Source: Octopus bimaculoides
Lineage: Eukaryota
Assembly (NCBI RefSeq): GCF_001194135.2
Contig: NC_068986.1
Location: forward strand, 41,396,888-41,434,856
Direction: 5' to 3'
DNA length: 37,969 nt
Both the position numbers and the translations under genes were made by a program. The first letter of the stretch is position 1. Each line of letters begins with the position of its first letter. The notes beneath the pieces were generated by a model. It searched no databases. It was not told the DNA's origin and saw only the letters and a program-made list of their open reading frames with translations. This document shows, piece after piece, positions 1 through 12,495 of the stretch.

Positions 1-235
1 TATATATATAGGATATATATATATATATATATATATAGGAAATATATATATATATATATAGGAAATATATATATATATATATAAATCAAAAGTATGTACG
101 AATAATAATAGTAAGAAGAAGAAGAAGAAGAAGAGAAGGAGGAGGAAGAAGAAGAGGGGGAGAAGAAGAAGAAGAGGGGGAGAAGAAGAGGAGGAGGAAG
201 AAGAAGAAGAGGGGGAGAATAATAATAAGAAAAGT
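1..235. repeat. (TA)n microsatellite followed by (GAA/GGA)n polypurine repeat
   Basis: Directly visible: TA runs at 1-82, then gaagaagaag/gaggaggaag runs at about 113-217. Confidence 0.95.
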
Positions 236-539
236 AAATGAAATAAAGAAAAAATTATAATAAATATATAAATAAAAATAGAAATAAAGATAAGAATAAA
301 GATTAGACTAGTAATAATTGAGAAACTGTGGGGAGGCGAGTTAAGTCCATCAAGAATAAAGAAATGGAATATTTTGGAGTAGTCAATATTGTTGTGTTCT
401 TATCAAAAGATGACCTGTGTGGTGCCTTTAGATTCGAGGGCACGTATTCAGTTCTCACAGGTGGCATGGTGTACACACACACACACACAGAAATAACTCT
501 ATAATAATAAATAATATTCCGTCATGAAATACACATGTA

Positions 540-978
540 AATAATATCTATAATAATTGTAATGGCAGGATTAGAAATAGTTGTTTATTTAAGAATGCCT
601 GCAAAATAAAAAGCGTAATATATCAATGTACAATAAAGACTTTAGAAAATAGATATTATTATATTGGGACTACCGAAAATGAAATTAAAAGAACGTATTT
701 CTACCCACTTATACACATTTAGAAATAAACATAAATCCAACTCGATAGGACTAAGTAAATTTATCTTGGAACTAAAGGCTAATAAAATCAATTTTAATGT
801 TAAATGGGATAAAATAGCTTCAGCGCCTTCTTATAAAGTTAATAATGAAAAATGTTTTCTTTCTCTAAACAAATATTTTGAAATTCTTTCGGCTAAATAT
901 CCCCTACTTAATTTTAGAGACGAAAGATATAATTCTTGTTTACACCTGGAAAAATATGTATTTTCCAAATATAAGTAA
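540..978 (+). mobile_element. Penelope-like retroelement 3' end: frameshifted GIY-YIG endonuclease (pseudogene)
   Basis: Frame from 540 reads NNIYNNCNGRIRNSCLFKNACKIKSVIYQCTIKTLENRYYYIGTTENE. One extra A at 682-684 shifts into ORF 664-978 (LKERISTHLYTFRN...CFLSLNKYFEIL...LLNFRDERYNSCLH). The VIY...YIG...R pattern with an upstream Cys cluster and downstream H/CxH residues is typical of Penelope-like endonucleases. Confidence 0.85.
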
Positions 979-2398
979 ATATCCAATAATAATTCAATTA
1001 CCTCTCTCACCACCATAACCCATAAGCCCTGCTATTACTTTTATTTACTACATTGTTGAAAAATTAAACTACTTATTAACAGTGTCCGTATAGTATATCA
1101 ATAATTCTATACTTTCGTATTATAACTATAGCTTTATATTTATTTTCTAAAAATACCCTCTCTATCAATTTACACTGGAAAAACACTGCACATACTTAAA
1201 TTGAAAGATCATATCTCCAATTCTATCTCCTCTATACTTTTCTTATTTCTCTTCTAATACAATTTTTACCCATTTTTTTAAAAAGTAGCAATCACGAATT
1301 TCAACTACTAATACTCATTTGTCTCCCCATTCTTAATTAATACTAATTGTACGCACTTATCTTTCTCTCTCCTTAGATATACTATTGATATATACCTTGT
1401 TCCCCCCGCCAACTTATTACATTACCTTATTATTCTTTACCTAACTATTTTTATTAATTAACTTAATATATATATATAGATAAACTTATTTTTCCAAACC
1501 TTTTAAAAAATATATTTAAAAAAATATACATTATCTATAATCATTTTTTAAATATATATTTTCTTTATATATCTAAGCTAAAAAAACTATCCACAATTTT
1601 CGTAAACATAAGCGTTTTATCACCTAAATAAAAAATATTAATTTTTTTTTTATATAAGAGATCATCTACTAGTTCTCTTACTGTATACATAATATATTAG
1701 CTTCATTTATTTATTTTATTTATTTATATATTTCATCGTTACCAGATTTTCCAAATGAATAGAAACGCTATTTATTTTAAAAACAAATGACCAATAGAAT
1801 TTCTTTGACTTACTTCATCAATACAAAATAAATTTAGGGATGTCAGTTTTCTTACCAAAATAAGTACGTATAATAAATACATTTTTAAATAATCCACAAT
1901 TATCTATTATCATGTTTTATCGAACTCTATTTGAACATAGGTACGTTAGTGCGTGAATACAGATATTAATATATTAATTATACAATTACATATTTATATA
2001 ATTTTTTTTCCGCGTGTAATTACTGCATAGATATTTACATATATTTATTATATATATGCGTGTGAATATGTATAAGCACGTATGCAAGATGAGATAAATT
2101 AATGTGTCAATCTATAGACAAGTGTTCTAACGTATTTATATTTATATTTATATGTACACATCCACTTATATATGTATATATCTATAATTCTATACTTATA
2201 GATTTAAGTAAATGTGTACTGAATTTATTGGATAAATATCTTTGACTACTGATATCTTCTACTTATCATCTACCTCTATAATAACAAATTCTAAATATAT
2301 ATATTTACCCCAATATTAATACGATACGTGGTAAATTACTATATATTATCTATCTATATACCTCCTAACTATTATCCAGAGCATATTAATATATATAT

Positions 2399-2622
2399 TT
2401 AGAAGAATATACAAATAATAACAACAGACGAGGACAGGTGGTGTAAATAACAAAAGTATATATTAGTATGACGCTCGGGAATACGGAAAGTCTTTGACGT
2501 TTCGAGCTACGCTCTTCAACAGAAAGAATACGGAGACAAGGAGAAAAACACGGAGAAAAAAAAATTGAATAGTGTTCAGTCAACGGTCAATCATAATAAT
2601 GGCCGATCATAACAATGGCTGA
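2399..2622 (-). mobile_element. Short hammerhead-bearing repeat, family HH-A, copy 1
   Basis: Nearly identical to 16262-16462 and to the reverse complement of 37251-37460. Begins in a TA-rich tract and runs towards the gap at 2673. Confidence 0.85.
2491..2527 (-). ncRNA. Minimal type-I hammerhead ribozyme motif (HH-A copy 1)
   Basis: Minus strand reads UCUUU-CUGUUGA-A-GAGC GUA GCUC-GAAA-C-GUC-AAAGA: 5-bp stem I, 4-bp stem II, GUC triplet. Confidence 0.7.
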
Positions 2623-3624
2623 CCGGAAGTTAGAAATTCTTATTTCAGGAGAGCTAAGAAAGGGGGAGATAANNNNNNNNNNNNNNNNNNNNNNNNNNNN
2701 NNNNNNNNNNNNNNNNNNNNNNNNNNNNNNNNNNNNNNNNNNNNNNNNNNNNNNNNNNNNNNNNNNNNNNNNNNNNNNNNNNNNNNNNNNNNNNNNNNNN
2801 NNNNNNNNNNNNNNNNNNNNNNNNNNNNNNNNNNNNNNNNNNNNNNNNNNNNNNNNNNNNNNNNNNNNNNNNNNNNNNNNNNNNNNNNNNNNNNNNNNNN
2901 NNNNNNNNNNNNNNNNNNNNNNNNNNNNNNNNNNNNNNNNNNNNNNNNNNNNNNNNNNNNNNNNNNNNNNNNNNNNNNNNNNNNNNNNNNNNNNNNNNNN
3001 NNNNNNNNNNNNNNNNNNNNNNNNNNNNNNNNNNNNNNNNNNNNNNNNNNNNNNNNNNNNNNNNNNNNNNNNNNNNNNNNNNNNNNNNNNNNNNNNNNNN
3101 NNNNNNNNNNNNNNNNNNNNNNNNNNNNNNNNNNNNNNNNNNNNNNNNNNNNNNNNNNNNNNNNNNNNNNNNNNNNNNNNNNNNNNNNNNNNNNNNNNNN
3201 NNNNNNNNNNNNNNNNNNNNNNNNNNNNNNNNNNNNNNNNNNNNNNNNNNNNNNNNNNNNNNNNNNNNNNNNNNNNNNNNNNNNNNNNNNNNNNNNNNNN
3301 NNNNNNNNNNNNNNNNNNNNNNNNNNNNNNNNNNNNNNNNNNNNNNNNNNNNNNNNNNNNNNNNNNNNNNNNNNNNNNNNNNNNNNNNNNNNNNNNNNNN
3401 NNNNNNNNNNNNNNNNNNNNNNNNNNNNNNNNNNNNNNNNNNNNNNNNNNNNNNNNNNNNNNNNNNNNNNNNNNNNNNNNNNNNNNNNNNNNNNNNNNNN
3501 NNNNNNNNNNNNNNNNNNNNNNNNNNNNNNNNNNNNNNNNNNNNNNNNNNNNNNNNNNNNNNNNNNNNNNNNNCATTGAGTGTTTCTTTAAGAAAAATTA
3601 AACTAAAAATATATATATATATAT

Positions 3625-4057
3625 TGTTACGTATACCTATAAGATAATGAAGGGTGAGAACTTACCCTATATTTTCCGAAGGTGGCGAGATAAACGTTTG
3701 TCAACGACTATTTGGCAGAAATGAAATAACGTGGGTATGAATAACCAAATATATATACAGGAAGTTAGCATAGTACGAGACAGGTAACCTCGTTCACTTC
3801 CTGTTAACGAGCAAGGCAGGTAATCTCGTACTTTCTGTTAAAAAGGGGAATGGGGAAGACAGCGGGAGCTTGGCGCGGATAGAACCAGAACGAGACGGAG
3901 CTGTATACGGGTCGGACCGTTCACCAACTACCTTGAAACCATTGAGACTGGACATAATCTTCATATATGAACATTTACTTCTCCGTTTGAACACTTTGTT
4001 GTTGCGATCAGAAGGTTACCCCTTTTTCTTACATTATTAATTTGTCTGATCGTAACA
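3625..4057. mobile_element. Putative solo LTR (433 bp)
   Basis: Starts TGTTACG and ends CGTAACA (perfect 7-bp terminal inverted repeat, TG...CA). Internal ~27-nt direct repeat CAGGTAAyCTCGT...CTGTTAA at about 3781 and 3817. No TSD match (ATAT vs TGCC). Confidence 0.5.
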
Positions 4058-4340
4058 TGCCCGCGGCATGTGTAAGGACTTTCGAGTGAGATCGTTGCCA
4101 GTGCCCCTGGACTGGCTCTTGTGCGGGTGGCACATAAAATACACCATTTTGAGCGTGGCCGTTGCCAGTAAAAAGCACCTACTACACTCTCTGAGTGGTT
4201 GGTGTTAGGAAGGGCATCCAGCTGTAGAAACTCTGCCAAATCAGATTGGAGCCTGGTGTAGCCATCTGGTTTCACCAGTCCTCAGTCAAATCGTCCAACC
4301 CATGCTAGCATGGAAAGCGGACGTTAAACGACGATGATGA
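4058..4340 (+). mobile_element. SINE or RTE-LINE-like 3' tail ending in (GAT)n
   Basis: GTTAGGAAGGGCATCCAGCTGTAGAAAC...CCATGCTAGCATGGAAAGCGGACGTTAAACGACGATGATGA. Recalled as an abundant octopus repeat with an RTE-type tail; the short tandem tail is directly visible. Confidence 0.6.
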
Positions 4341-4359
4341 TATATATATATATATATAT

Positions 4360-4700
4360 TTATATATATTTCCCAGATTTGTAATCTCTGTATTTTTCTA
4401 CCTAGATAACAAAAAAAAAATTGAAAAAAGTTACAAAATAAGACATTGTGATGGGGATAGAGGGAAACTGAACTTTTGAAAACGTGATTTCTGGACATAA
4501 TCGTATTAACCCCCTTTTATACGATGAAATAATACATAGTTTCTGATCCTTTTTAAGAACAGAGAGCACTTTCATGCAAACCCATGCAAATTGTACCCTC
4601 GCCCTTCACTATTAAACAAAAAAATAACTTTCATTATTCCATTAATAATTCAATGTGCTTGTAGTTCATAACACCCGGGCAACGCCGGGATGCGCTGTTA

Positions 4701-4703
<3 letters not shown>
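4360..4703 (-). mobile_element. Helentron-associated (HINE-like) non-autonomous element, 5' part
   Basis: Minus strand begins ACTAACAGCGCATCCCGGCGTTGCCCGGG. It shares the CCCGGCGTTGCyCGGG subterminal hairpin with 19400-19432, a motif typical of HINE 5' ends. Confidence 0.5.
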
Positions 4704-4740
<37 letters not shown>

Positions 4741-4870
4741 TCTTTTATACGTTTCAGCCCAAAGTCTGTGGCTATACTGGAGCACCATATCTATCTATCT
4801 ATCTGTCTGTCTGTCTGCCTGTCTGTCTGTTTATTTATCTATCTATCATGTACATTTGCATGTATGCATG
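4700..4870. repeat. Compound microsatellite (GT)n(TA)n and (TATC/TGTC)n with an embedded SINE 3' fragment
   Basis: Directly visible. 4741-4790 resembles the SINE end at 29395-29450. Confidence 0.8.
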
Positions 4871-6158
4871 GATGGATTAATCAATTAATCATGTAAATAG
4901 GGTGGAGTTGGTCTGTGAGGTGTCATCAAGCTTTACTGGAACTAATATTTTAGGCTGAATGTTCGCCAACAAAGCGACTTTTCGATGACCTCTTGTATAA
5001 GAGAGCGTTACGGCGAGTACTGAAGCCGCGGATGCGAGCCCGGGTGAATCGATTGCAGGTGCTTTAACCTTACGCACAGGTACCTCTGACGTTTTACACG
5101 AGCAATGATCAGTAATGGTCTTCCTCGACTACGAGTGGACATCCATCATCATATGTATATATTATGCATATGCACGCACACGCACACACACACACACATT
5201 ATCGGCGTAGCACATGTGAAAGAAAATTAAATTTCTCCGGACACTATCACGCAGCAAATTTGGAGTATAAACAAAGCACACGCTCTATGTATGTACGACC
5301 GAGAATGTTTACATTACTAGAGCTGTTTTTTGTTCGTAATTTTGTCGTGTGTGTGTGTGATATAAAAAAAATCACCTAAATGAAACGTGCAATAAAATGA
5401 GGCAACGATGAAGTAAAAAAAAATAATGCATGAAGGTCAAACAAACAGAACCAGTGGTTGAAAGAGTGAAACAACTATGAAAGAATTTGTGCAATGAAGA
5501 TAAACACGCCAAGTAAACAAACAGTAAAGATTCAAAGCTTTTCGGATTTAATCCGTTATCAAAGAGAAAGAACCGAAATAAGAGAAATGAAAGACAACGA
5601 AACAGTAAAGAGTCTATGAAGTCTGTTTACTTGGCAGGTCCAGTATAAAAAGGTAGTTTGGGAATGGAATGGTAGAACTAGAAGTGGAAATAATCTGTGT
5701 GACAGCGAGAATAAGTTGTAGGGAGAGCGAAGGAGAGCATGCAAGAAAGAAAGTGGGAAGAGAGAAAGGGCAAGCGAGAGAAAAAAAGGGGAAGGTAGAA
5801 TGGAAGGGGAAAGTAGTAAAAGAAGAGAACGATTGAGAAAGTGGGAAGTGGAATGAGGAATGCAAGATATCGATGTGTTTGTATGTATAGTGAAGTGTAA
5901 TTTTTTTTTATTTATGAAAGAATAACAACTGATATGTGCCGGAGGATATGAAGCTCGTGTGTCTATGTGAGTAGCTGCCATGCTTACAATATATTTCCAG
6001 CTAAGAGTGTGAAGATATATATACATTACATGTATATGTAGAAATACACAGACACACAATCACACACGGACGCACGCACACATACATACATACATACATA
6101 CATACACACACACACAGAGACAGAAAAACACAAGCACACATGCACATACACACATATA

Positions 6159-6282
6159 GGGCGGGCTTCTTTCAGTTTCCGTCAACCAAATCCACTTACA
6201 AGGCCCTGATTAGTTCGAGGTTGTAGTAGAAGACACTTTACCCAAGGTGCCACGCAGTAGGACTGAACCGGGAGCCATGTGA
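6159..6282 (-). mobile_element. tRNA-derived SINE family B, partial
   Basis: Minus strand CACATGG...GTTCAGTCC...GCGTGGCACCTTGGGTAAAGTGTCTTCTAC...GACGGAAACTGAAAGAAGCCCG. Homologous to 29711-29858 and 27700-27793, and abuts a (CA)/(TACA) tract. Confidence 0.8.
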
Positions 6283-7779
6283 ATAGTCGCTGGGGTGCGT
6301 TTTTGCAATACAAGCAAGATTTTCAACTGAACCGTTTTATCACAGATCAATCCATAATAAGCATAACATGGTTCACAATTTACTGTACTGTGTTATCTGG
6401 ATGAGTGGTGAATGAATCAGTGATAAACAAGGCTACATGTTTTAGGTTTATAAATAGGTCTCATGAAAGTATTGCTCACCAAATGTCAACTGATGTTGCA
6501 ATGTACTAAACTTAAATCGATCGAAAAGCACAAATGAAGAGGAATCATTGCTTCAGTATTTTGAAACTGGCAAGAAACAATTATTTTCACGTCTTTAAAC
6601 TCGGATCATGCACTGGATTTAATGGGAAACTATATGAGATAGCTTTACAGTTATGATTTGTTTGGGGTCTTTAGCTTCGTAACTTTAATTTAAAAATACG
6701 GCACCTGGAAATCGGCGCCTCAGAATCACTGACATTAGTTTCATTCTTTCCCCCCACCTATATTTCAGTAAATGGAAGATAGAAACGTGACTAAAGACAT
6801 CACCGAAATATGTAAATAGAGATGGTGCTGTAGTGGTACCGAGCATTCGAAATCTTGTCAGCCCAGTAACAAACGATGGCTACGACATATCTGGTGTTTT
6901 AAACTATTATTTCAGTCAATAGCATTTCAGGTACATTCGTATGATAACGGGATTCGAGTGGAAATTTTGACGCAGTTTCCCACATAAACATAGTCAGAAA
7001 TGGAGACGCGCAGGACAAGCAGTGCAGACGTTCGAGATGCAAAAGTTTCGTAGAGGATTCTTGGTCAGCCATGCCGCTCAACCTCGGGTTAAAAAGAACC
7101 ATCTCACCTTCCACGAACACAGGACATTCTCAACTCTCGCCTCTCGTCAGCACGAACATATAACGATATACTTCTTGCCAGACATACATTATCATACACT
7201 AGCTATTGGCATTCAGTAGTACAGCCTCCGGTAAGTAAGCTTTGTAAGGTCAAAATGGAAATAAATATGATCCATTAAAACTGAATATTGTGGTTCATTT
7301 TGAGCCTGAGCAAATATCCAGCTCTCACCTAACCAAAATCTACAACTCCAACGGACTAGAGAAACTGGATTTAAAGAAGCTAGTACATGGATTAGTATAG
7401 TTACAAGTAAAGGAAATAGAAGAGATTTGGTGGGGTTTTTTCTTTTTTTCTCCGAGCAATATAATAACTACCAGTGCTCATGTGATATATATATATTCTT
7501 TCAGTTGCAGTAGCCGTAGGGCTCCGGAAACACACACGCCTGTAAAAACTAACACTTCCTTTTTCCGAGCTGAGATTCGAAACCGAATCTAAGAATTCTC
7601 ACTTGTCTGATCCACCACTGTCCAAACAGGCGCGAAAGAAATTTCTTTGTCCTGTCAAAAAGTGATGGATGGATTTCCCTTCGACCTGAGCTGTGTCATT
7701 TAAGGTTCAAGTGGACAGGAGGCGACCTACATAGGTAGAAATTATTCCAGTGGTATGTCTGTCCTTCTAGCTGTCATGA

Positions 7780-8292
7780 CCATTATAAATACAGTTAGAC
7801 ATACGACAGGAGGCAGATAGCCATCACCAAGCGATCGGTCAAGAGACAAGCAGACAGCCAGCAGTTAACTTGCGCCAGTCAAGCAGCCAATAGAACCACA
7901 TATTCAGCATGAACGACCCAACGCAGTAGCAGTCGCAGAACATAAAGACACGGCTGAATGACCAACGCACATACAGATACAAAGCACGCCCTGTTCTACC
8001 TCATCACATCGACACAGTATCTCCCCTGTTTATTTTCTACTTTACCAACTCGAAGCAAGTTGGTAATGTCATGTAGTGAATTTTCTGGTGTATACTGCAA
8101 GTGTCGATTAAATAAAAATATTTAATCCACAATCCGATGCTTTCCCATTGTTTTGCTTTGATGTCGTCCACATGCCTATTTCATCTGCTACCTCAACGAC
8201 ATCATTTGCTACACCATCCCGCTACACGCCGTTCGGTAACTACCTATAACTGAACATCCGGCCGATCCACGATGTACAAGTAACGTGCAACA
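7780..8292 (+). mobile_element. LTR-like sequence, boundaries uncertain
   Basis: TATAAATA at about 7784, AATAAA at about 8112, ends GTGCAACA. No matching 5' terminus or TSD found. Confidence 0.3.
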
Positions 8293-9700
8293 ATCTATGA
8301 ACTTGACTTACTGATTTACTTTATTGACTACCTGCCTTTTCTTGGATGCAGTTTGAAAAATTAACGATTATGTGTATATGGTGGGACGAATATCTTATAT
8401 ATGAATAGATGTCCTCCGAATAGGAAGGCGTATAAAGTCTTCTAAGCAAACAAATTACTGATACCTTTATAATCAATCTGTTTGTAAAAGGTTAAGTTCA
8501 TCCAATTAATCTGCCACTTATTTAAAGTGTAGAACCTGAATTGACACGCCTTAGAAAAGGATCCTGTTTGAAACCTTCCAATCCACCTCCTCTCATAACC
8601 CACCACCTTATCATTTTTCTTTTGATCGTTTACGAATATTTTTAACTGATACACAATAAACCATTTGTCACGAGCAGATCTGGGCTGTGGCCAAAATTTT
8701 TTTATCCCGTAATGTAGAGTTGTGAATTATTGTTGTTTTGATAACCTATGTAACACCAGACAGTTATTTACTCACCTCATTTATTACTCCATGGGAACGT
8801 AGGAACGTGTTGTATTTTCGAATAATCAGAGCACTGATAATCTATTATTAATCTTCGTGTGACTGTACAAATGCAACTTAAATTGATAACACCGATATTG
8901 CTGAAAATTCAGTTAATACGCAAAACAGGGAAGCGACACTTTAATAGATAAGCGTCGAATGTATGTGAGACACCAGTTTCATGTAATTCCGGGGCAGGTT
9001 TAATGATGTTCGGTGATAAGTCAAAAATACTGATAAACTCTTTTTTTTTTTCAAGGAGCAGTGATTATTAAGTCTGAATTGTTATTGTAAAGTTAGAACT
9101 TTCGTTGTAACGTTGTTATAGCAACTGAGTTTTGTGAAAGAAGAAATAAGATATAGTTACCGTGGTCGTTTACGTAACAATTTCACTGAAGGAACGTTTA
9201 AACATTTTTTTCCTTTTACGAAAACAAATCCAACTAGTACACTTTTACTTCAGCTATGCTTACTACATAAACCAGAACGACTGTTTTAAAAGAACTGGGC
9301 AACCAGACAGCGACTGGCATATAAATTAATGGAATTATCGAATAATAGATCCACTAATTAAATATTGGTTTCTCAACTATATCACCAAAGTTTTCAAAAG
9401 AAGTGTTGTGGATTTATATAGACCATTGCAGATATAGGGGGCAAAAAGAAAAAAAAACTGTAGCTGTTGTTAGTGATGTCGTTGGTGGTAGTGTTGTTCA
9501 TAAACTTTAGATGAACCCTGATCGACAACCTATCATTCCAAGTCATTCCAGTCGTGAACATGCTTTATTTATCTGAATTAAGAACTACGTCCTTTAAGGA
9601 GTCCCATCTGTCTCAATATGATAGCGTTCTATTTAAGAGAAATTGGTTGTTATTTCTACCAGAACAAAGCTCTCACGGTAAATAATCATTTGAAAGATAT

Positions 9701-9856
9701 AAGGCAGCGAGCTGACAGACTCGTGCTCTGAGTTCAAATTCCGTCGAGGTCGGCTTTGGGGTCAATAAAATAAGTACCAGTTAAGCATTGGAGTCGATGT
9801 AATCGACTTACCCCGCCCCTGAAATTGTTGAACTTGTGCCAAAATTAAAAATCAAT
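9701..9856 (+). mobile_element. tRNA-derived SINE family A, internally deleted
   Basis: GCGAGCTGACAGA...CTGAGTTCAAATTCC...GAGGTCG...GGGGTCAATAAAATAAGTACCAG; homologous to 26257-26466 and 31272-31666. Confidence 0.8.
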
Positions 9857-10416
9857 AATTATTTAAGAGATTTGCTTTCAAAAAGTTCAGGACAAAAAAA
9901 AAATACTATCTTGTATCTAATCCATGGACTACCTGCTGTACTTTCTATACAATCATTTTGTTGTTTCAGTTATTTCGCTACAAAACAGAAAAACAAAAAA
10001 AAAAAAACGTCCAACAGATAAAACTTTATCACTTCATAAATAAACAGCNNNNNNNNNNNNNNNNNNNNNNNNNNNNNNNNNNNNNNNNNNNNNNNNNNNN
10101 NNNNNNNNNNNNNNNNNNNNNNNNNNNNNNNNNNNNNNNNNNNNNNNNNNNNNNNNNNNNNNNNNNNNNNNNNNNNNNNNNNNNNNNNNNNNNNNNNNNN
10201 NNNNNNNNNNNNNNNNNNNNNNNNNNNNNNNNNNNNNNNNNNNNNNNNNNNNNNNNNNNNNNNNNNNNNNNNNNNNNNNNNNNNNNNNNNNNNNNNNNNN
10301 NNNNNNNNNNNNNNNNNNNNNNNNNNNNNNNNNNNNNNNNNNNNNNNNNNNNNNNNNNNNNNNNNNNNNNNNNNNNNNNNNNNNNNNNNNNNNNNNNNNN
10401 NNNNNNNNNNNNNNNN

Positions 10417-10472
<56 letters not shown>

Positions 10473-10764
10473 CACATATATACATATATGTATATCTACA
10501 CACACATACACATATGTATATATATATATATAAATGGACACGTAATACTTGAGTAATCTTTCAAATAATCTGACAGCCAGAACATGGCTCCCAAATTATA
10601 TTTAATATTTTTCATTTACATGGTATTGAAAATCAATTTTGCTGATTCAAGTAAGTCGGAATTCCTTATTGCCATACATACACGTCAATCTATTAATTTC
10701 TTGATGACCATTAGCGACCATTTTGGTTACAATCAGTGGCCAACATCGATAATAGAATTATAGA

Positions 10765-11088
10765 ATACATACATACATGGTGGTTGTCTACTTTTTATGC
10801 AGAGTTTGACCACCTCCTGTAACTACACCTTAGAACCATCATGGCATCTGATATGTTTTTTTAAACCAGACTATGTTTCGCAAAGACACGCACATAGATT
10901 GCATATCCGATTTGGGCTACCAAGAGCTGCAATTAAGTTCTGATCTTTGTGTCTTTTAAGTTCTGATCTTAAATGTCTTTTGAGGCCTCCGTTAGATTTG
11001 CAGACCATCTGGCATACACTGCATTGAAAGGTGTGCACAAACATATAGGCAGAATAGTTGGTGGAGGTTCGTTTTCCATAGGATCGCA
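10765..11088 (-). mobile_element. RTE-like LINE 3' end with two C2H2-type zinc-finger motifs and (ATGT)n tail
   Basis: Minus strand reads SYGKRTST...FQCSVCQMVCKSNGGLKRHLR and then RICNLCACLCET*SGLKKHIRCH. A short 3' UTR ends in atgtatgtatgt. One in-frame stop and a 14-nt internal duplication (taagttctgatctt) are present. Confidence 0.65.
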
Positions 11089-12383
11089 TACATACATACA
11101 TACATACATACATGTCAGATACATATATATATATATATATATATNNNNNNNNNNNNNNNNNNNNNNNNNNNNNNNNNNNNNNNNNNNNNNNNNNNNNNNN
11201 NNNNNNNNNNNNNNNNNNNNNNNNNNNNNNNNNNNNNNNNNNNNNNNNNNNNNNNNNNNNNNNNNNNNNNNNNNNNNNNNNNNNNNNNNNNNNNNNNNNN
11301 NNNNNNNNNNNNNNNNNNNNNNNNNNNNNNNNNNNNNNNNNNNNNNNNNNNNNNNNNNNNNNNNNNNNNNNNNNNNATATATATATATATATACACACAC
11401 ATATATGTCAGATGCATACATGCGTATGTGTGTCAGATATATTCGTTCATTTTTGTTCCCTCCATTTATTTAATCTTTATATTTCAGCAGCAATTTTAAC
11501 AAATCGCTCAATAAAATATTCTCCTTCATTATTCCCGACTTTTGGTCAACGTTCCACTTACTTGCCAACGCCTTAACGATAGAAAGCAGCGTATCTTGGT
11601 TCGAAGAATTAATCGAGTTATGTTTTCAGTTTCACGTCGTTGTTGAACGAAACACCTCACTGAATGATGGAGAGACACCGAAAAAACGATATTAATCTAA
11701 AAGCTTTATATCAGGAAAATACGGTGGGTACGGTAGAACTTCCCAACCGAAATCTTGAAGAACAGTTTTGGTCAAATTAGCGACGCTGAGGCAAGCGTTG
11801 TCGTGTTACCGAACCATGCCGTCGACGTTAGTACTAAAACCAGTACAAACGCACGAACGCTGTTTTTACCCATTATTTCTTTTACATTTTAGTTTCTGAT
11901 TTTCTGTTTTCCTTTTTTTACCTCCTGCATTTTCTATATTTTGCCTTCTCAGTTTTCTCTGAGTTTGCGAGCCTATATATATGTGTGTGTGTGGCGTGTG
12001 TATGTGCGAGTGTGTACACAAACATAATTTAATGTATAAAGTACTAAAACTAAGTGCTAATAATTTCTTGGTACTGGATGTACTATAATTAGGCAGATAA
12101 TTATAACGTGCCTTATGTCTCCACACAGGCCCGTTATATACAGCTGCTTAATTGTGGTGACTCCATGGCAAGGACCTTTTAGTAGCTCTTATATCAATAT
12201 TGTATACGTTAAATGATATTAATCTCTCATTGGATGGAGTACCGTTTTTGTTGATCCTACCATAACAGAACAGTAACTGTGTGAATGTGTGTGTGTGTGT
12301 GTGTGTGCGCATGCACATCTTTTCACTTTCAGCAGTAGACTTCTCACAAAGAACACTATTTTCAGCTAAGTTTGTGACGAGTT

Positions 12384-12495
12384 ACACATTCCGCGATGCC
12401 CTCATTCCGCGATGCACGCATTCCGCGAAGCACACATTCCGCGATGCATACATTCCGCGATGCACACATTCAGCGATGCACAAATTCTGCGACGA
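12384..12495. repeat. 16-bp minisatellite, 7 units (ACACATTCCGCGATGC)
   Basis: Units start at 12384, 12400, 12416, 12432, 12448, 12464 and 12480, degenerating towards the 3' end. Confidence 0.95.

Noticed and set aside
4990-5160. GC-rich island possibly forming a twister or HDV-like ribozyme
   Set aside because: The required helices and pseudoknots could not be assembled by eye on either strand.
5559-6059. 166-aa Leu/Ser/Phe-rich minus-strand ORF
   Set aside because: It is the translation of a GA-rich low-complexity tract.
11655-11700. Hammerhead-like CTGAATGA-TGG...CC-GAAA
   Set aside because: The core has an insertion, stem II is 2 bp, and there is no NUH followed by a stem I complement.
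12384-12495. CRISPR-like array
   Set aside because: The units are contiguous without unique spacers, the context is eukaryotic, and there are no cas genes.
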